A stretch of DNA of 64,000 nt, taken from the NCBI GenBank assembly GCA_002269645.1, contig NIVC01002064.1, positions 62,001 through 126,000 on the forward strand. Reading direction: 5' to 3'. This stretch comes from Macrostomum lignano. Lineage: Eukaryota. The notes under the pieces are model-generated. The model worked only from the letters and a program-made list of their open reading frames with translations. It did not search any database and was not told the DNA's origin. Positions 1 through 19,700 of the stretch are shown here, piece by piece (the first letter of the stretch is position 1; each line of letters starts with the position of its first letter). The position numbers and the translations under genes were made by a program.

Positions 1-266
1 TGACTGACTGACTGACTGACTGACTGACTGACTGACTGACTGACTGACTGACTGACTGACTGACTGACTGACTGACTGACTGACTGACTGACTGACTGAC
101 TGACTGACTGACTGACTGACTGACTGACTGACTGACTGACTGACTGACTGACTGACTGACTGACTGACTGACTGACTGACTGACTGACTGACTGACTGAC
201 TGACTGACTGACTGACTGACTGACTGACTGACTGACTGACTGACTGACTGACTGACTGACTGACTG
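1..266. repeat. (TGAC)n microsatellite, runs off the window start
   Basis: Uninterrupted TGAC tetramer from base 1 to about 266. Confidence 0.98.
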
Positions 267-1155
267 ATTTAACGTCAAAAGTTAGAAGAATGTAAATCTT
301 TCAAATTGAACACCTCCCGTACAATTCAAGTAATTTCATATTCCATAGATTTGCACGGACTGTTACAATGCAAGCAAGGCACATGTAGATTCAACACAGA
401 TCCTTGTCAACATAAGTGGGACATTCAACTGTGCAGATAAGCATTAAACAGAAGAAACGTGAAGCAAAATATAAATCATTGTAGATGAGTGACCGTCAGC
501 TTGTCAGCTGCCAAAAACAGCAATTTTGTCCATACCTTACTACTGTAGTAGTAGTCAGAAGACACTGCCTTCATAGAAAATTTTACTGACCTACTGATTT
601 TGCAAATTTAGTACATTTAGACTAGCCAGTTTGTGCCCCTTTTGGGGAAGACACAGGATATCCCTTCTGTGAAATTTAAATCCCCTTTCTGCCATGTTCG
701 CTCCCAATACCATTTTAAAATAGCAGTAAATTGACCAATTTCTACACAATCTGAGCTATCCAGTTCAAAAATACTTTTTATGACCAAATTTGAAGCGCGA
801 CTTGAGTCCTCTCAACTACTGCAATTAGCGGTCCTGGCTACTAATTGCACAACAGACAGACAGCTCGGGCAAAGACCGTAGAAGTAGACAGCGAGCTGTA
901 AATCATAAGAAAATTAAAAATTAATTAATTAAAATGTCTGCGTGGGCAAGCAGCCGGCCTTTCTGTGCGCCCCCCGTTCTGTTGAAGAGTTTTGTCGATC
1001 ACCGCCTCGGAAAGGTCGACCAGAATTCTGCAGTGTTGAAGATGGAAAATGTTGCTGCAACTCTTTTTAGGACAATAGACAGCCACTTTCATGGTTGGGA
1101 TCATTTTTCATAGATGGGATCTTCACTAGTAGTAGTTGATAGCATCTGACTAGAG

Positions 1156-2390
1156 ATAGGATCTGGAATTGGAGGATGGGATCTGGAATTTGAGGATGGG
1201 ATGATGGGATTGGATAATGGGATCTGAGATTTGAGGATGGGATCTGGGATTGCAGGATGGAATCTGAGATTGGAGGATGGGATCTGGGATTGGAGGATGG
1301 GATCTGGGATTGCAGGATGGGATCTGGGATTGAAGGATGAGATCTGGGATTGGAGGATGGGATATTGGATTGGATAATGGGATCTGGGATTGCAGGATGG
1401 GATCTGAGATTGGGGGATGGGATCTGGGATTGCAGGATGGGATCTGAGATTGGAGGATGGGATATGGGATTGAAGGATGAGATCTGGGATTGGAGGATGG
1501 GATATTGGATTGGATAATGGGATCTGAAATTGCAGGATGGGATCTGGGATTAGAGAATGGGATCTAAGATTGCAGGATGGGATCTGGGATTGGAGGATGA
1601 GATGTGGGATTGGAGGATGGGATCTGAGATTGCAGGATGGGATCTGGAATTGGAGGATGACATCTGGGATTGGAGGATGGGATCTGGGATTGGAGGATGG
1701 GATATGGGATTGGAGGATGGGATATGGGATTGGATAATGGGATCTGAAATTGCAGGATAGGATCTGGGATTAGAGGATGGGATATGGGATTGGATAATGA
1801 GATCTGAAATTGCAGGATGGAATCTGGGATTAGAGGATGGGATCTGAGATTGCAGGATGGGATCTGGGATTAGAGGATGGGATCTGAGATTGCAGGATGG
1901 GATCTGGAATTGGAGGATGAGATGTGGGATTAGAGGATGGGATCTGCGATTGCAGGATGGGATCTGGGATTGAAGGATGACATCTGGGAGTGGAGGATGG
2001 GATCTGGGATTGGATAATGGGATATGGGATTGGATAATGGGATCTGAAATTGCAGGATGGGATATGGGATTGGATAATGGGATCTGAAATTGCAGGATGG
2101 AATCTGGGATTAGAGGATGGGATCTGAGATTGCAGGATGGGATCTGGGATTAGAGGATGGGATCTGAGATTGCAGGATGGGATCTGGAATTGGAGGATGG
2201 GATCTGGGATTGGATAAGTTTATCTGGGATGGAATAATGAGATCTGAGATTGCGGGATGGGATTTGAGATTAGAGAATGGGATCTGGGATTGAAGGATGA
2301 GATCTGGGATTGGAGGATGGTATCTGGGATTGGAGGATGGGATCTGAGATTGCAGGATGGGATCTCAAATTGCAGGAAGGGATCTGGAAT
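1156..2390. repeat. 20-bp G-rich minisatellite (GGGATCTGGGATTGGAGGAT)n
   Basis: Tandem 20-bp unit with variants (GATTGCAGGATG, GATTAGAGGATG). It explains the W/G/D-rich ORFs 1537-1760. Confidence 0.95.
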
Positions 2391-2849
2391 CTAAAATAAA
2401 TTTAATATCACTTGATGAAATCTTTACATAACTCAACATTTTAAAAGTCGATGTTGTCTGCAACTGCTTGTGCTATAGTCCTATAAAAATATAGGGATAT
2501 TTGGTGCAAGTTAGAAATCAAAAGTGCATTGCTTTCGGCTAGAAGCAGCCTAGACTAGGGGCGTTCGTAAATGCAAAAGAGATTAGGAGAGTGGCACAGC
2601 CACTGCGAACCCATTAGTATTGAACTAAACAAGGTTAATTGCCTGTCTGCCAGCCACTCACAAGCAGCTCATGGTGTTGTGTGGCAGCCTTCGAGCCTTC
2701 AACGGGTTGTAGAAGAACCGAAAGCTCCTGCCGCGACTAGTTAGTCAGCTATGATTGCTGTTGTTTTTAGAAGAAAACAAACAAAAATGCTTGATTAGAA
2801 CCAATAAATTAGAGGGTTAAATGTCCAGTTGTGCCAGCTGGACTCAATG

Positions 2850-9586
<6,737 letters not shown>

Positions 9587-9598
9587 CTATGGGATGAA

Positions 9599-9606
9599 GC
9601 TGCAAA
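9599..9606 (-). other. Splice acceptor upstream of the CDKL start codon (5'UTR intron or trans-splice acceptor)
   Basis: Minus strand ATTATTAATTGCTTTGCAG|CTTCATCC, 55 nt before the ATG at 9544. Confidence 0.5.
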
Positions 9607-10504
9607 GCAATTAATAATATTTCAATTTTTTCGAATTTAGATCACTCTTGGAGCACTGAGATTCTGTCCGTTTTACGTGTGATTAATTTTGCCTCATCAT
9701 CCAACCGCTGGTTCTACCCGGCTGGTTGTCATGGTTACCAAAATCCGCGAAACCGATAGGAGCTCAGGGGGAAGAGAGGAGGGAGTGAGGGGGGATGGAG
9801 AGGAGAGCAACCTGGCTGAGCTCAAACCCAGCCTCCCTAAATCCCCCTGGCTGGCTAGGGGAATGCTGGAATTTCAGCTCAAAGATAATTTTTTCCAGAT
9901 TGAAAGTTCACCGTCTTGCATTGTTAACACGGGGCTGGGGCTATTGAGAAAATCTCAGTCTATTTACGGTTGAACCGCCTGCCTTTAATTATGCATCTAA
10001 TGGAGAGCCTGCAGGGACTATCTGGAGGCTTCAGAATTCTCGCGGGTCGGTGGTCTGCCGTGCCATTGTTGTTGAATGGGCCTTTCACGGAGCTGCCATA
10101 CATATGCCAGCTATGGACCATAAAAACTTAATATAATGCAGACTGTAAGGATGCCGGGATTGAATAGAGTATGCAAGCAGACACCTTCCGTTGTGTCATT
10201 AATCCTTTAGCGTAATGGGATAAAAGTAGATCGGGTTTAAAATTATAAAGGATTTGCCTCAAAGCACTTCAGGGAATCTGAAGGGTGTTGACCAATGCAG
10301 GAAAATGGCTGGAGTCTCGTGTCTCGTGTTCTCACTCTGAAGATGGAGGTGTCAACTCTGTACCCTGGCAGCAGTGTAGTGAGTTGCATTATAATACGAG
10401 GGTACAGTTGCATTTTTGAGTCGGAGCGGCTTGCGACAAAGGAGGCACCCTGGTGAGCTTTTAATGCGATTTTAGCGTATACCCTGACATCTGATGCCTA
10501 GGAT

Positions 10505-11415
10505 TTAGAATGCCCTGACACCTGAGTTGGCACCCCTGACACCTGAGTTGGCACCCCTGACACATGAGTTGGCACCCCTGACAGCTGAGTTGGCACCCCT
10601 GACACATGAGTTGGCACCCCTGACACATGAGTTGGCACCCCTGACACCTGAGTTGGCACCCCTGACACCTGAGTTGGCACCCCTGACACCTGAGTTGGCA
10701 CCCCTGACACCTGAGTTGGTGTGTCCTGACACCTGAGTTCGTGTGTCCTGACACCTGAGTTGGTGTGTCCTGACACCTGAGTTGGTGTGTCCTCACACCT
10801 GAGTTGGTGTGTCCTGACACCTGAGTTGGTGTGTCCTGACACCTGAGTTGGTGTGTCCTGACACCTGAGTTGGTGTGTCCTGACACCTGAGTTGGTGTGT
10901 CCTCACACCTGAGTTGGTGTGTCCTGACACCTGAGTTGGTGTGTCCTGACACCTGAGTTGGTGTGTCCTCACACCTGAGTTGGTGTGTCCTCACACCTGA
11001 GTTGGTGTGTCCTGACACCTGAGTTGGTGTGTCCTGACACCTGAGTTGGTGTGTCCTCACACCTGAGTTGGTGTGTCCTCACACCTGAGTTGGTGTGTCC
11101 TGACACCTGAGTTGGTGTGTCCTGACACCTGAGTTGGTGTGTCCTCACACCTGAGTTGGTGTGTCCTGACACCTGAGTTGGTGTGTCCTCACACCTGAGT
11201 TGGTGTGTCCTCACACCTGAGTTGGTGTGTCCTGACACCTGAGTTGGTGTGTCCTGACACCTGAGTTGGTGTGTCCTCACACCTGAGTTGGTGTGTCCTC
11301 ACACCTGAGTTGGTGTGTCCTGACACCTGAGTTCGTGTGTCCTGACACCTGAGTTGGTGTGTCCTGACACCTGAGTTGGTGTGTCCTGACACCTGAGTTC
11401 GTGTGTCCTGACACC
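10505..11415. repeat. Bipartite minisatellite: 21-bp (TGACACCTGAGTTGGCACCCC) then 22-bp (TGACACCTGAGTTGGTGTGTCC)
   Basis: The unit switches at about 10715. It explains the ORFs 10461-11497. Confidence 0.95.
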
Positions 11416-13773
11416 TAAATAAGTAGACACTTAAGTCCTGCATTGGATGGAGAACCCCAAGCTCCCCAAAGTTAAAAAAATGATAACAGCAAGCCATAGC
11501 TATTGATGTTCGTAGAGTAATAGTTTTGAGTACTCACTTCTAAACTGAACGTCTTGTCCGGCAATTTGGTCTCGTCCAACAACTTTCTTCGATTAGAAAT
11601 AGAAATTTGCTTCTCAAGCGATACAATAAGGTAATATTGAGTCAAAGAAGCAGTTTTATGGCGGCAGCTTGTGGCATACGCTCCACCTGTCCAACCATTC
11701 AAGCCCCGGCTCACCCTAGGCAACAGGCCGGGCTTGAATTTGCAGTGTGCAAACTGAGCTGCGGAGAACTGTGCAGATGCTGCTGTACACTGAACCATCA
11801 AAGTGAGTGCCAAGCCCCAGCGGCTGCTCCTTCTGCTGTTGGAGAGAGAAATCTAACTAACTAGATGGTGAGATAAGAAGAGACTCCTCCTAAGCCCGGT
11901 CATTTCATCAGTTCCATTGTTCGCAATGTTTGCTAGAAAGCTTGCATGACCAGCTTTTATACATCTGAGCTACTTGTATAGCACTCGAAGCAGCTCATGC
12001 TTCAGCGCAGTTTAAATTTCTATTAGACTTCAAATCTAACAAAGCGCTGCGCAAGTTCTTCCCCAGCATGGCCCATTCGGATATTTCGATGCGGTGTGAC
12101 ACTTTAGCAATGGGTGCGGCAGTTTTATATTGCTACTGCCTTAGTCTTGCTAATATAAGCCACGATTACAGGTAGAATGCATGCAATACAGAAGGTCCAT
12201 TCATTTTATCAAATAATTAATTCAGAACATTTGCAAAGCGGCACCCAACCCCCGTTGCTGCTGCTACGATATTTATCGAACCTTATAGCTCTACGGTAAT
12301 CGCTTAATTACAGTAGTCAAAATTTATAATCGTTTATTCTACCAAGTGACCATCAATTAAGCTACACTCTGCTACCTTTCATTTTTAACTTTTTACAAGC
12401 TAACAAAGCATAGAATGCTTTTAACGCTTGTTCCACTATTTAATTTTCAATACTAGTGCTGCTGGGATGTGTTGATTCGGGATCATGTACCAGTATCATA
12501 AACCAGGATCATGTGTCGGGATCATGTACCAGGAATATGCATGTACCAGTGTACAGTATGTGTCATAAATCTGTTTTAAAGCGACAAAAATTATTTGTAT
12601 AGTTACAAGTGTAATATGCAGTGTATCGGCAGATTAAATTAAAGAGGAGACAGTAATCATCTTTACATGAGAACTTAATTGTGTAAGTACTATTAATTTA
12701 CATGCAGCAATAAAACATGTATATGTAGTGTTAGGTACTGAAAGTCGTCATTCGTGGTACATGTACATGTAAATATAATCTACATGTCATATGTATTTGC
12801 AGAGTAAAATACGCTACATCGCATGTAACTTCGCATTTGTCCCTTTTGATTTCGAGCTTCTGGGCTTACAAAAGGATTGAATTTCTCGTTTCCACTAACA
12901 TTCATGCTAAACGAGATTGTTGATGAATGCAAACAAAGCCACGCAACGGTTAAAAGGGATTAAGTAAAGGACCATGCTTTTTACAGTCACGAGTGTATAA
13001 TCAGAGGTGTACAATACATAAATGAAATTTTTGTCTAAAATCAAAAAAATTATTGAACAAAAAAAGTTCACTAATAAACCTAAGTAATTTTTAAAATATT
13101 TAGTTTTAATTGGCTAGTTATTTTATCGTGAGTTGAGGCACTAATTTAATACGTCACTTTTCATCATATTAATTTGGATCAGATTCAGCAGGGCAGGATT
13201 GAATCGAATTAGCCTTAGTTAAATGTTAATGCAAATTTAGCTCTAAAGGAGTAAATTTTATCATAAAGTCCTTAAGAAAACAATATTCTGAAATAAAGTA
13301 ATAGTATCACAGAACCAATATCCTTTTTTGACGAAGTATTGAGAAAATTATGCTCGACAATATATTTGTCTTGGTTTAGACTAGTGAAGGTCTTAATTGT
13401 AACTAATATATCAACTGGGCTAATTTGAGACAAGTGTTGAATGAATTAGTCTAAAATTTTCATGAATTAGTCTAAAATTGTCATTCTGCCACTTTTAAAG
13501 TGACTGTGCCACAAATAAGTGTTGCATATTGGGTGAAAAATAATATTAGCAGAGTCCTGCTATTTTTGTAAGTCTTTTTAATACTATTTTTATAACAATT
13601 CTCGAAACAAAATAATGCTCTATCTTGTTTGGAAAATAAATACTTGCTTCTTAAAAGTAAAAACACCCATGAATTATATTTCCTAAATTAATCCAAGGAC
13701 AAATTGAATATTATTATTAAAAACAACAAAAATAACATTGTAATTAAAGGGGCTAACAAAGATTTAATCAATT

Positions 13774-16700
13774 ATGGAAGCTCAGATTAAAAAAGATGAT
13801 AAAGCAAGCATGATTGATAAAGTATTTGAACTCAGAGGAAAAGCAACTATTTTTCTATGTGGAGGTAAGTTTTATTATAAATTGTACATGATAAATCTTG
13901 TCTTAAAATATATAAGTTTAATGAAGGCTTAAAGTTTATAATTTATATGAAAATCCAAAAAATTGGGCCATTCCTTTTTGCCTACAAATTTGCCAGGTCC
14001 ATTTTCTAATATTAGATTATATAGTGTTTGGTATAGCTTGCCTCTGCCCTAAAAAAATTCAAGATCTGTGCTTGATTTTTGCACTAGCTGGGCCTACTTG
14101 TTATTTTGGGGATGGTTGCTATTCAAGGACTTGCCATTTAGGCATGTTTGCTATTGGAGGATGTTTGCTATCTATGGGAGGGGGTATTTGCTATCTAGAG
14201 AATGCTTGCTATTGGGAGGGGAAAGGGTTTTGCTATCTAAGGGAGGGGGTTCTTGCTATCTGTTGCTATCTAGGGGATGTTTGCTATGTGGGGATGCTTG
14301 CTGTCTGGAAGATGCTTTCTATTTAGGGGGATGCTATCTTTGAGAGATGCTATCTTTGCAAAGGTTTTATTTTGTTGTGTCCTTTTATTACTCTAGAAAA
14401 AAAAGAGATTTATAGCTAGCATAAGACTGCTAAAATATACTTTGAACTACTTAGGTATGGCTGGCTGCCTAGCCAAGACAACAGTTGCACCACTGGACCG
14501 AGTCAAAATCCTTCTCCAGACGCACAATCATGCTCACGAATCTCATGGTAAGACCTGTCTTTGAAAATGTTTTATTGACTAAAGATTAATACTGTATAGA
14601 GAAATCAAAGTTTGCTTTGGTAGCAAACTTAATTGGCAATGACCTGCTCTCATAGTGCATTTGTATTCTCACTATTCTCAGGCATTTTCGGCACTCTTCG
14701 CCACATCTGGTCAGTTGAGGGCATCGCTGGTTTCTATCGAAGCAATGGAGCTCAAATGATACGTATATTCCCCTACTCGGCTATACAATTTCTATCATTC
14801 GATGTGTACAATAATGTAAGCTTCTGGGGGACTGCTTGTGTTTCTTGGATTCATCTTCAGGCCTTGACGCTCTACTGTTGACCAATTTCAGAGTTTGTCA
14901 GCCTCGCTAGGCGAAGGCAATCTGACGCGACTGATAAGCGGGTCAATGGCTGGTGAGCGTTTAAGAAATCAACTTCAAACTGTTTGTGTGCATAGATGAG
15001 TTAATACAGGTAGTTGAATGATTGCGACAGAGCAGGTACAGACTGCAAATTCACGGGCACTAAAGTACGTCGCACTTAGCCAGACAGTAAGACGGTGAGA
15101 TAATGGATAAGACACTGCGAGAGACAAATAACGTAAAGACACTCTGTCACTGAAGACACTCTGTCACTAAAGACACTCTGTCACTGAAGACACTTCAGAC
15201 ACTAAAGATAATTCAGACACTAAAGACACTCACAAACTAAAGATAAAGACAATAAAGACAGTCAGTCACCAAAAATACTCAGTCACTAATGACACCCAGG
15301 ACACTAAGACATGCAGACAGACACCCAGGACACTAAGACATGCAGACAGACACCCAGGACACTAAGACACACAGACAGACACCCAGGACACTAAGACATG
15401 CAGACAGACACCCAGGACACTAAGACATGCAGACAGACACCCAGGACACTAAGACATGCAGACAGACACCCAGGACACTAAGACATGCAGACAGACACCC
15501 AGGACACTAAGACATGCAGACAGACACCCAGGACACTAAGACATGCAGACAGACACCCAGGACACTAAGACACACAGACAGACACCCAGGACACTAAGAC
15601 ATGCAGACAGACACCCAGGACACTAAGACACACAGACAGACACCCAGGACACTAAGACATGCAGACAGACACCAAGGGCACTAAGACATGCAGACAGACA
15701 CCAAGGACACTAAGACATGCAGACAGACACCCAGGACACTAAGACACACAGACAGACACCAAGGGCACTAAGACATGCAGACAGACGCCCAGGACACTAA
15801 GACATGCAGACAGACACCCAGGACACTAAGACACACAGACAGACACCCAGGACACTAAGACATGCAGACAGGCACCAAGGACACTAAGACATTCAGACAG
15901 ACACTAAGGGCACTAAGACACACAGACAGACACCCAGGACACTAAGACACACAGACAGACACCCAGGACACTAAGACACACAGACAGACACCCAGGACAC
16001 TAAGACACACAGACAGACACCCAGGACACTAAGACATGCAGACAGACACCCAGGACACTAAGACACACAGACAGACACCCAGGACACTAAGACACACAGA
16101 CAGACACCCAGGACACTAAGACACACAGACAGACACCCAGGACACTAAGACACACAGACAGACACCAAGGGCACTAAGACATGCAGACAGACACCAAGGA
16201 CACTAAGACATGCAGACAGACACCCAGGACACTAAGACACACAGACAGATACCAAGGGCACTAAGACATGCACCGGGGCACCAAGGACACTAAGACACAC
16301 AGACAGACACCAAGGGCACTAAGACATGCAGACAGACACCAAGGACACTAAGACATGCAGACAGACACCCAGGACACTAAGACACACAGACAGACACCAA
16401 GGGCACTAAGACATGCAGACAGACACCAAGGACACTAAGACATGCAGACAGACACCCAGGACACTAAGACACACAGACAGACACGCAGGACACTAAGACA
16501 TGCAGACAGACACCCAGGACACTAAGACATGCAGACAGACACCCAGGACACTAAGACATGCAGACAGACACCCAGGACACTAAGACATGCAGACAGACAC
16601 CCAGGACACTAAGACATGCAGACAGACACCCAGGACACTAAGACATGCAGACAGACACCCAGGACACTAAGACACACAGACAGACACCCAGGACACTAAG

Positions 16701-19700
16701 ACATGCAGACAGACACCCAGGACACTAAGACATGCAGACAGACACCCAGGACACTAAGACATGCAGACAGACACCCAGGACACTAAGACATGCAGACAGA
16801 CACCCAGGACACTAAGACATGCAGACAGACACCCAGGACACTAAGACATGCAGACAGACACCCAGGACACTAAGACATGCAGACAGACACCCAGGACACT
16901 AAGACACACAGACAGACACCCAGGACACTAAGACATGCAGACAGACACCCAGGACACTAAGACATGCAGACAGACACCCAGGACACTAAGACATGCAGAC
17001 AGACACCAAGGACACTAAGACATGCAGACAGACACCCAGGACACTAAGACATGCAGACAGACGCCCAGGACACTAAGACATGCAGACAGACACCCAGGAC
17101 ACTAAGACATGCAGACAGACGCCCAGGACACTAAGACATGCAGACAGACGCCCAGGACACTAAGACATGCAGACAGACACCCAGGACACTAAGACATGCA
17201 GACAGACGCCCAGGACACTAAGACATGCAGACAGACGCCCAGGACACTAAGACATGCAGAAAGACACCCAGGACACTAAGACATGCAGACAGACGCCCAG
17301 GACACTAAGACATGCAGACAGACGCCCAGGACACTAAGACATGCAGACAGACACCCAGGACACTAAGACATGCAGACAGACACCCAGGACACTAAGACAT
17401 GCAGACAGACACCCAGGACACTAAGACATGCAGACAGACACCAAGGGCACTAAGACACACAGACAGACACCAAGGGCACTAAGACATGCAGACAGACACC
17501 AAGGGCACTAAGACATGCAGACAGACACCCAGGACACTAAGACATGCAGACAGACACCCAGGACACTAAGACACACAGACAGATACCAAGGGCACTAAGA
17601 CACACAGACAGACACCCAGGACACTAAGACATTCAGACAGACACTAAGGGCACTAAGACACACAGACAGACACCCAGGACACTAAGACACACAGACAGAC
17701 ACCAAGGACACTAAGACATTCAGACAGACACTAAGGGCACTAAGACACACAGACAGACACCCAGGACACTAAGACACACAGACAGACACCCAGGACACTA
17801 AGACACACAGACAGACACCCAGGACACTAAGACACACAGACAGACACCCAGGACACTAAGACATGCAGACAGACACCCAGGACACTAAGACACACAGACA
17901 GACACCCAGTACACTAAGACACACAGACAGACACCCAGGACACTAAGACACACAGACAGACACCCAGGACACTAAGACATGCAGACAGGCACCAAGGACA
18001 CTAAGACATTCAGACAGACACTAAGGGCACTAAGACACACAGACAGACACCCAGGACACTAAGACACACAGACAGACACCCAGGACACTAAGACACACAG
18101 ACAGACACCCAGGACACTAAGACATGCAGACAGACACCCAGGACACTAAGACATGCAGACAGACACCCAGGACACTAAGACATGCAGACAGACACCCAGG
18201 ACACTAAGACACACAGACAGACACCCAGGACACTAAGACACACAGACAGACACCCAGGACACTAAGACACACAGACAGACACCCAGGACACTAAGACATG
18301 CAGACAGACACCCAGGACACTAAGACATGCAGACAGACACCCAGGACACTAAGACATGCAGACAGACACCCAGGACACTAAGACACACAGACAGACACCC
18401 AGGACACTAAGACATGCAGACAGACACCCAGGACACTAAGACATGCAGACAGACACCCAGGGCACTAAGACATGCAGACAGACACCAAGGACACTAAGAC
18501 ATGCAGACAGACACCCAGGACACTAAGACACACAGACAGATACCAAGGGCACTAAGACATGCAGACAGGCACCAAGGACACTAAGACACACAGACAGACA
18601 CCAAGGGCACTAAGACATGCAGACAGACACCAAGAACACTAAGACATGCAGACAGACACCCAGGACACTAAGACACACAGACAGACACCAAGGGCACTAA
18701 GACATGCAGACAGACACCCAGGACACTAAGACACACAGACAGACACGCAGGACACTAAGACATGCAGACAGACACCCAGGACACTAAGACATGCAGACAG
18801 ACACCCAGGACACTAAGACATGCAGACAGACACCAAGGACACTAAGACATGCAGACAGACACCCAGGACACTAAGACATGCAGACAGACACCCAGGACAC
18901 TAAGACACACAGACAGACACCCAGGACACTAAGACACACAGACAGACACCCAGGACACTAAGACATGCAGACAGACACCCAGGACACTAAGACATGCAGA
19001 CAGACACCCGGGACACTAAGACACACAGACAGACACCCAGGACACTAAGACATGCAGACAGACACCCAGGACACTAAGACATGCAGACAGACACCAAGGA
19101 CACTAAGACATGCAGACAGACACCCAGGACACTAAGACATGCAGACAGACGCCCAGGACACTAAGACATGCAGACAGACGCCCAGGACACTAAGACATGC
19201 AGACAGACACCCAGGACACTAAGACATGCAGACAGACACCAAGGACACTAAGACATGCAGACAGACACCCAGGACACTAAGACATGCAGACAGACACCCA
19301 GGACACTAAGACACACAGACAGACACCCAGGACACTAAGACACACAGACAGACACCCAGGACACTAAGACATGCAGACAGACACCCAGGACACTAAGACA
19401 TGCAGACAGACACCCGGGACACTAAGACACACAGACAGACACCCAGGACACTAAGACATGCAGACAGACACCCGGGACACTAAGACATGCAGACAGACGC
19501 CCAGGACACTAAGACATGCAGACAGACACCCAGGACACTAAGACATGCAGACAGACACCTAGGACACTAAGACATGCAGACAGACACCCAGGACACTAAG
19601 ACACACAGACAGACACCCAGGACACTAAGACATGCAGACAGACACCCGGGACACTAAGACATGCAGACAGACGCCCAGGACACTAAGACATGCAGACAGA

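Noticed and set aside
11470-12130. Several exon-like segments on both strands between CDKL and SLC25A16
   Set aside because: Conflicting strands, no consistent phase and no recognisable domain.
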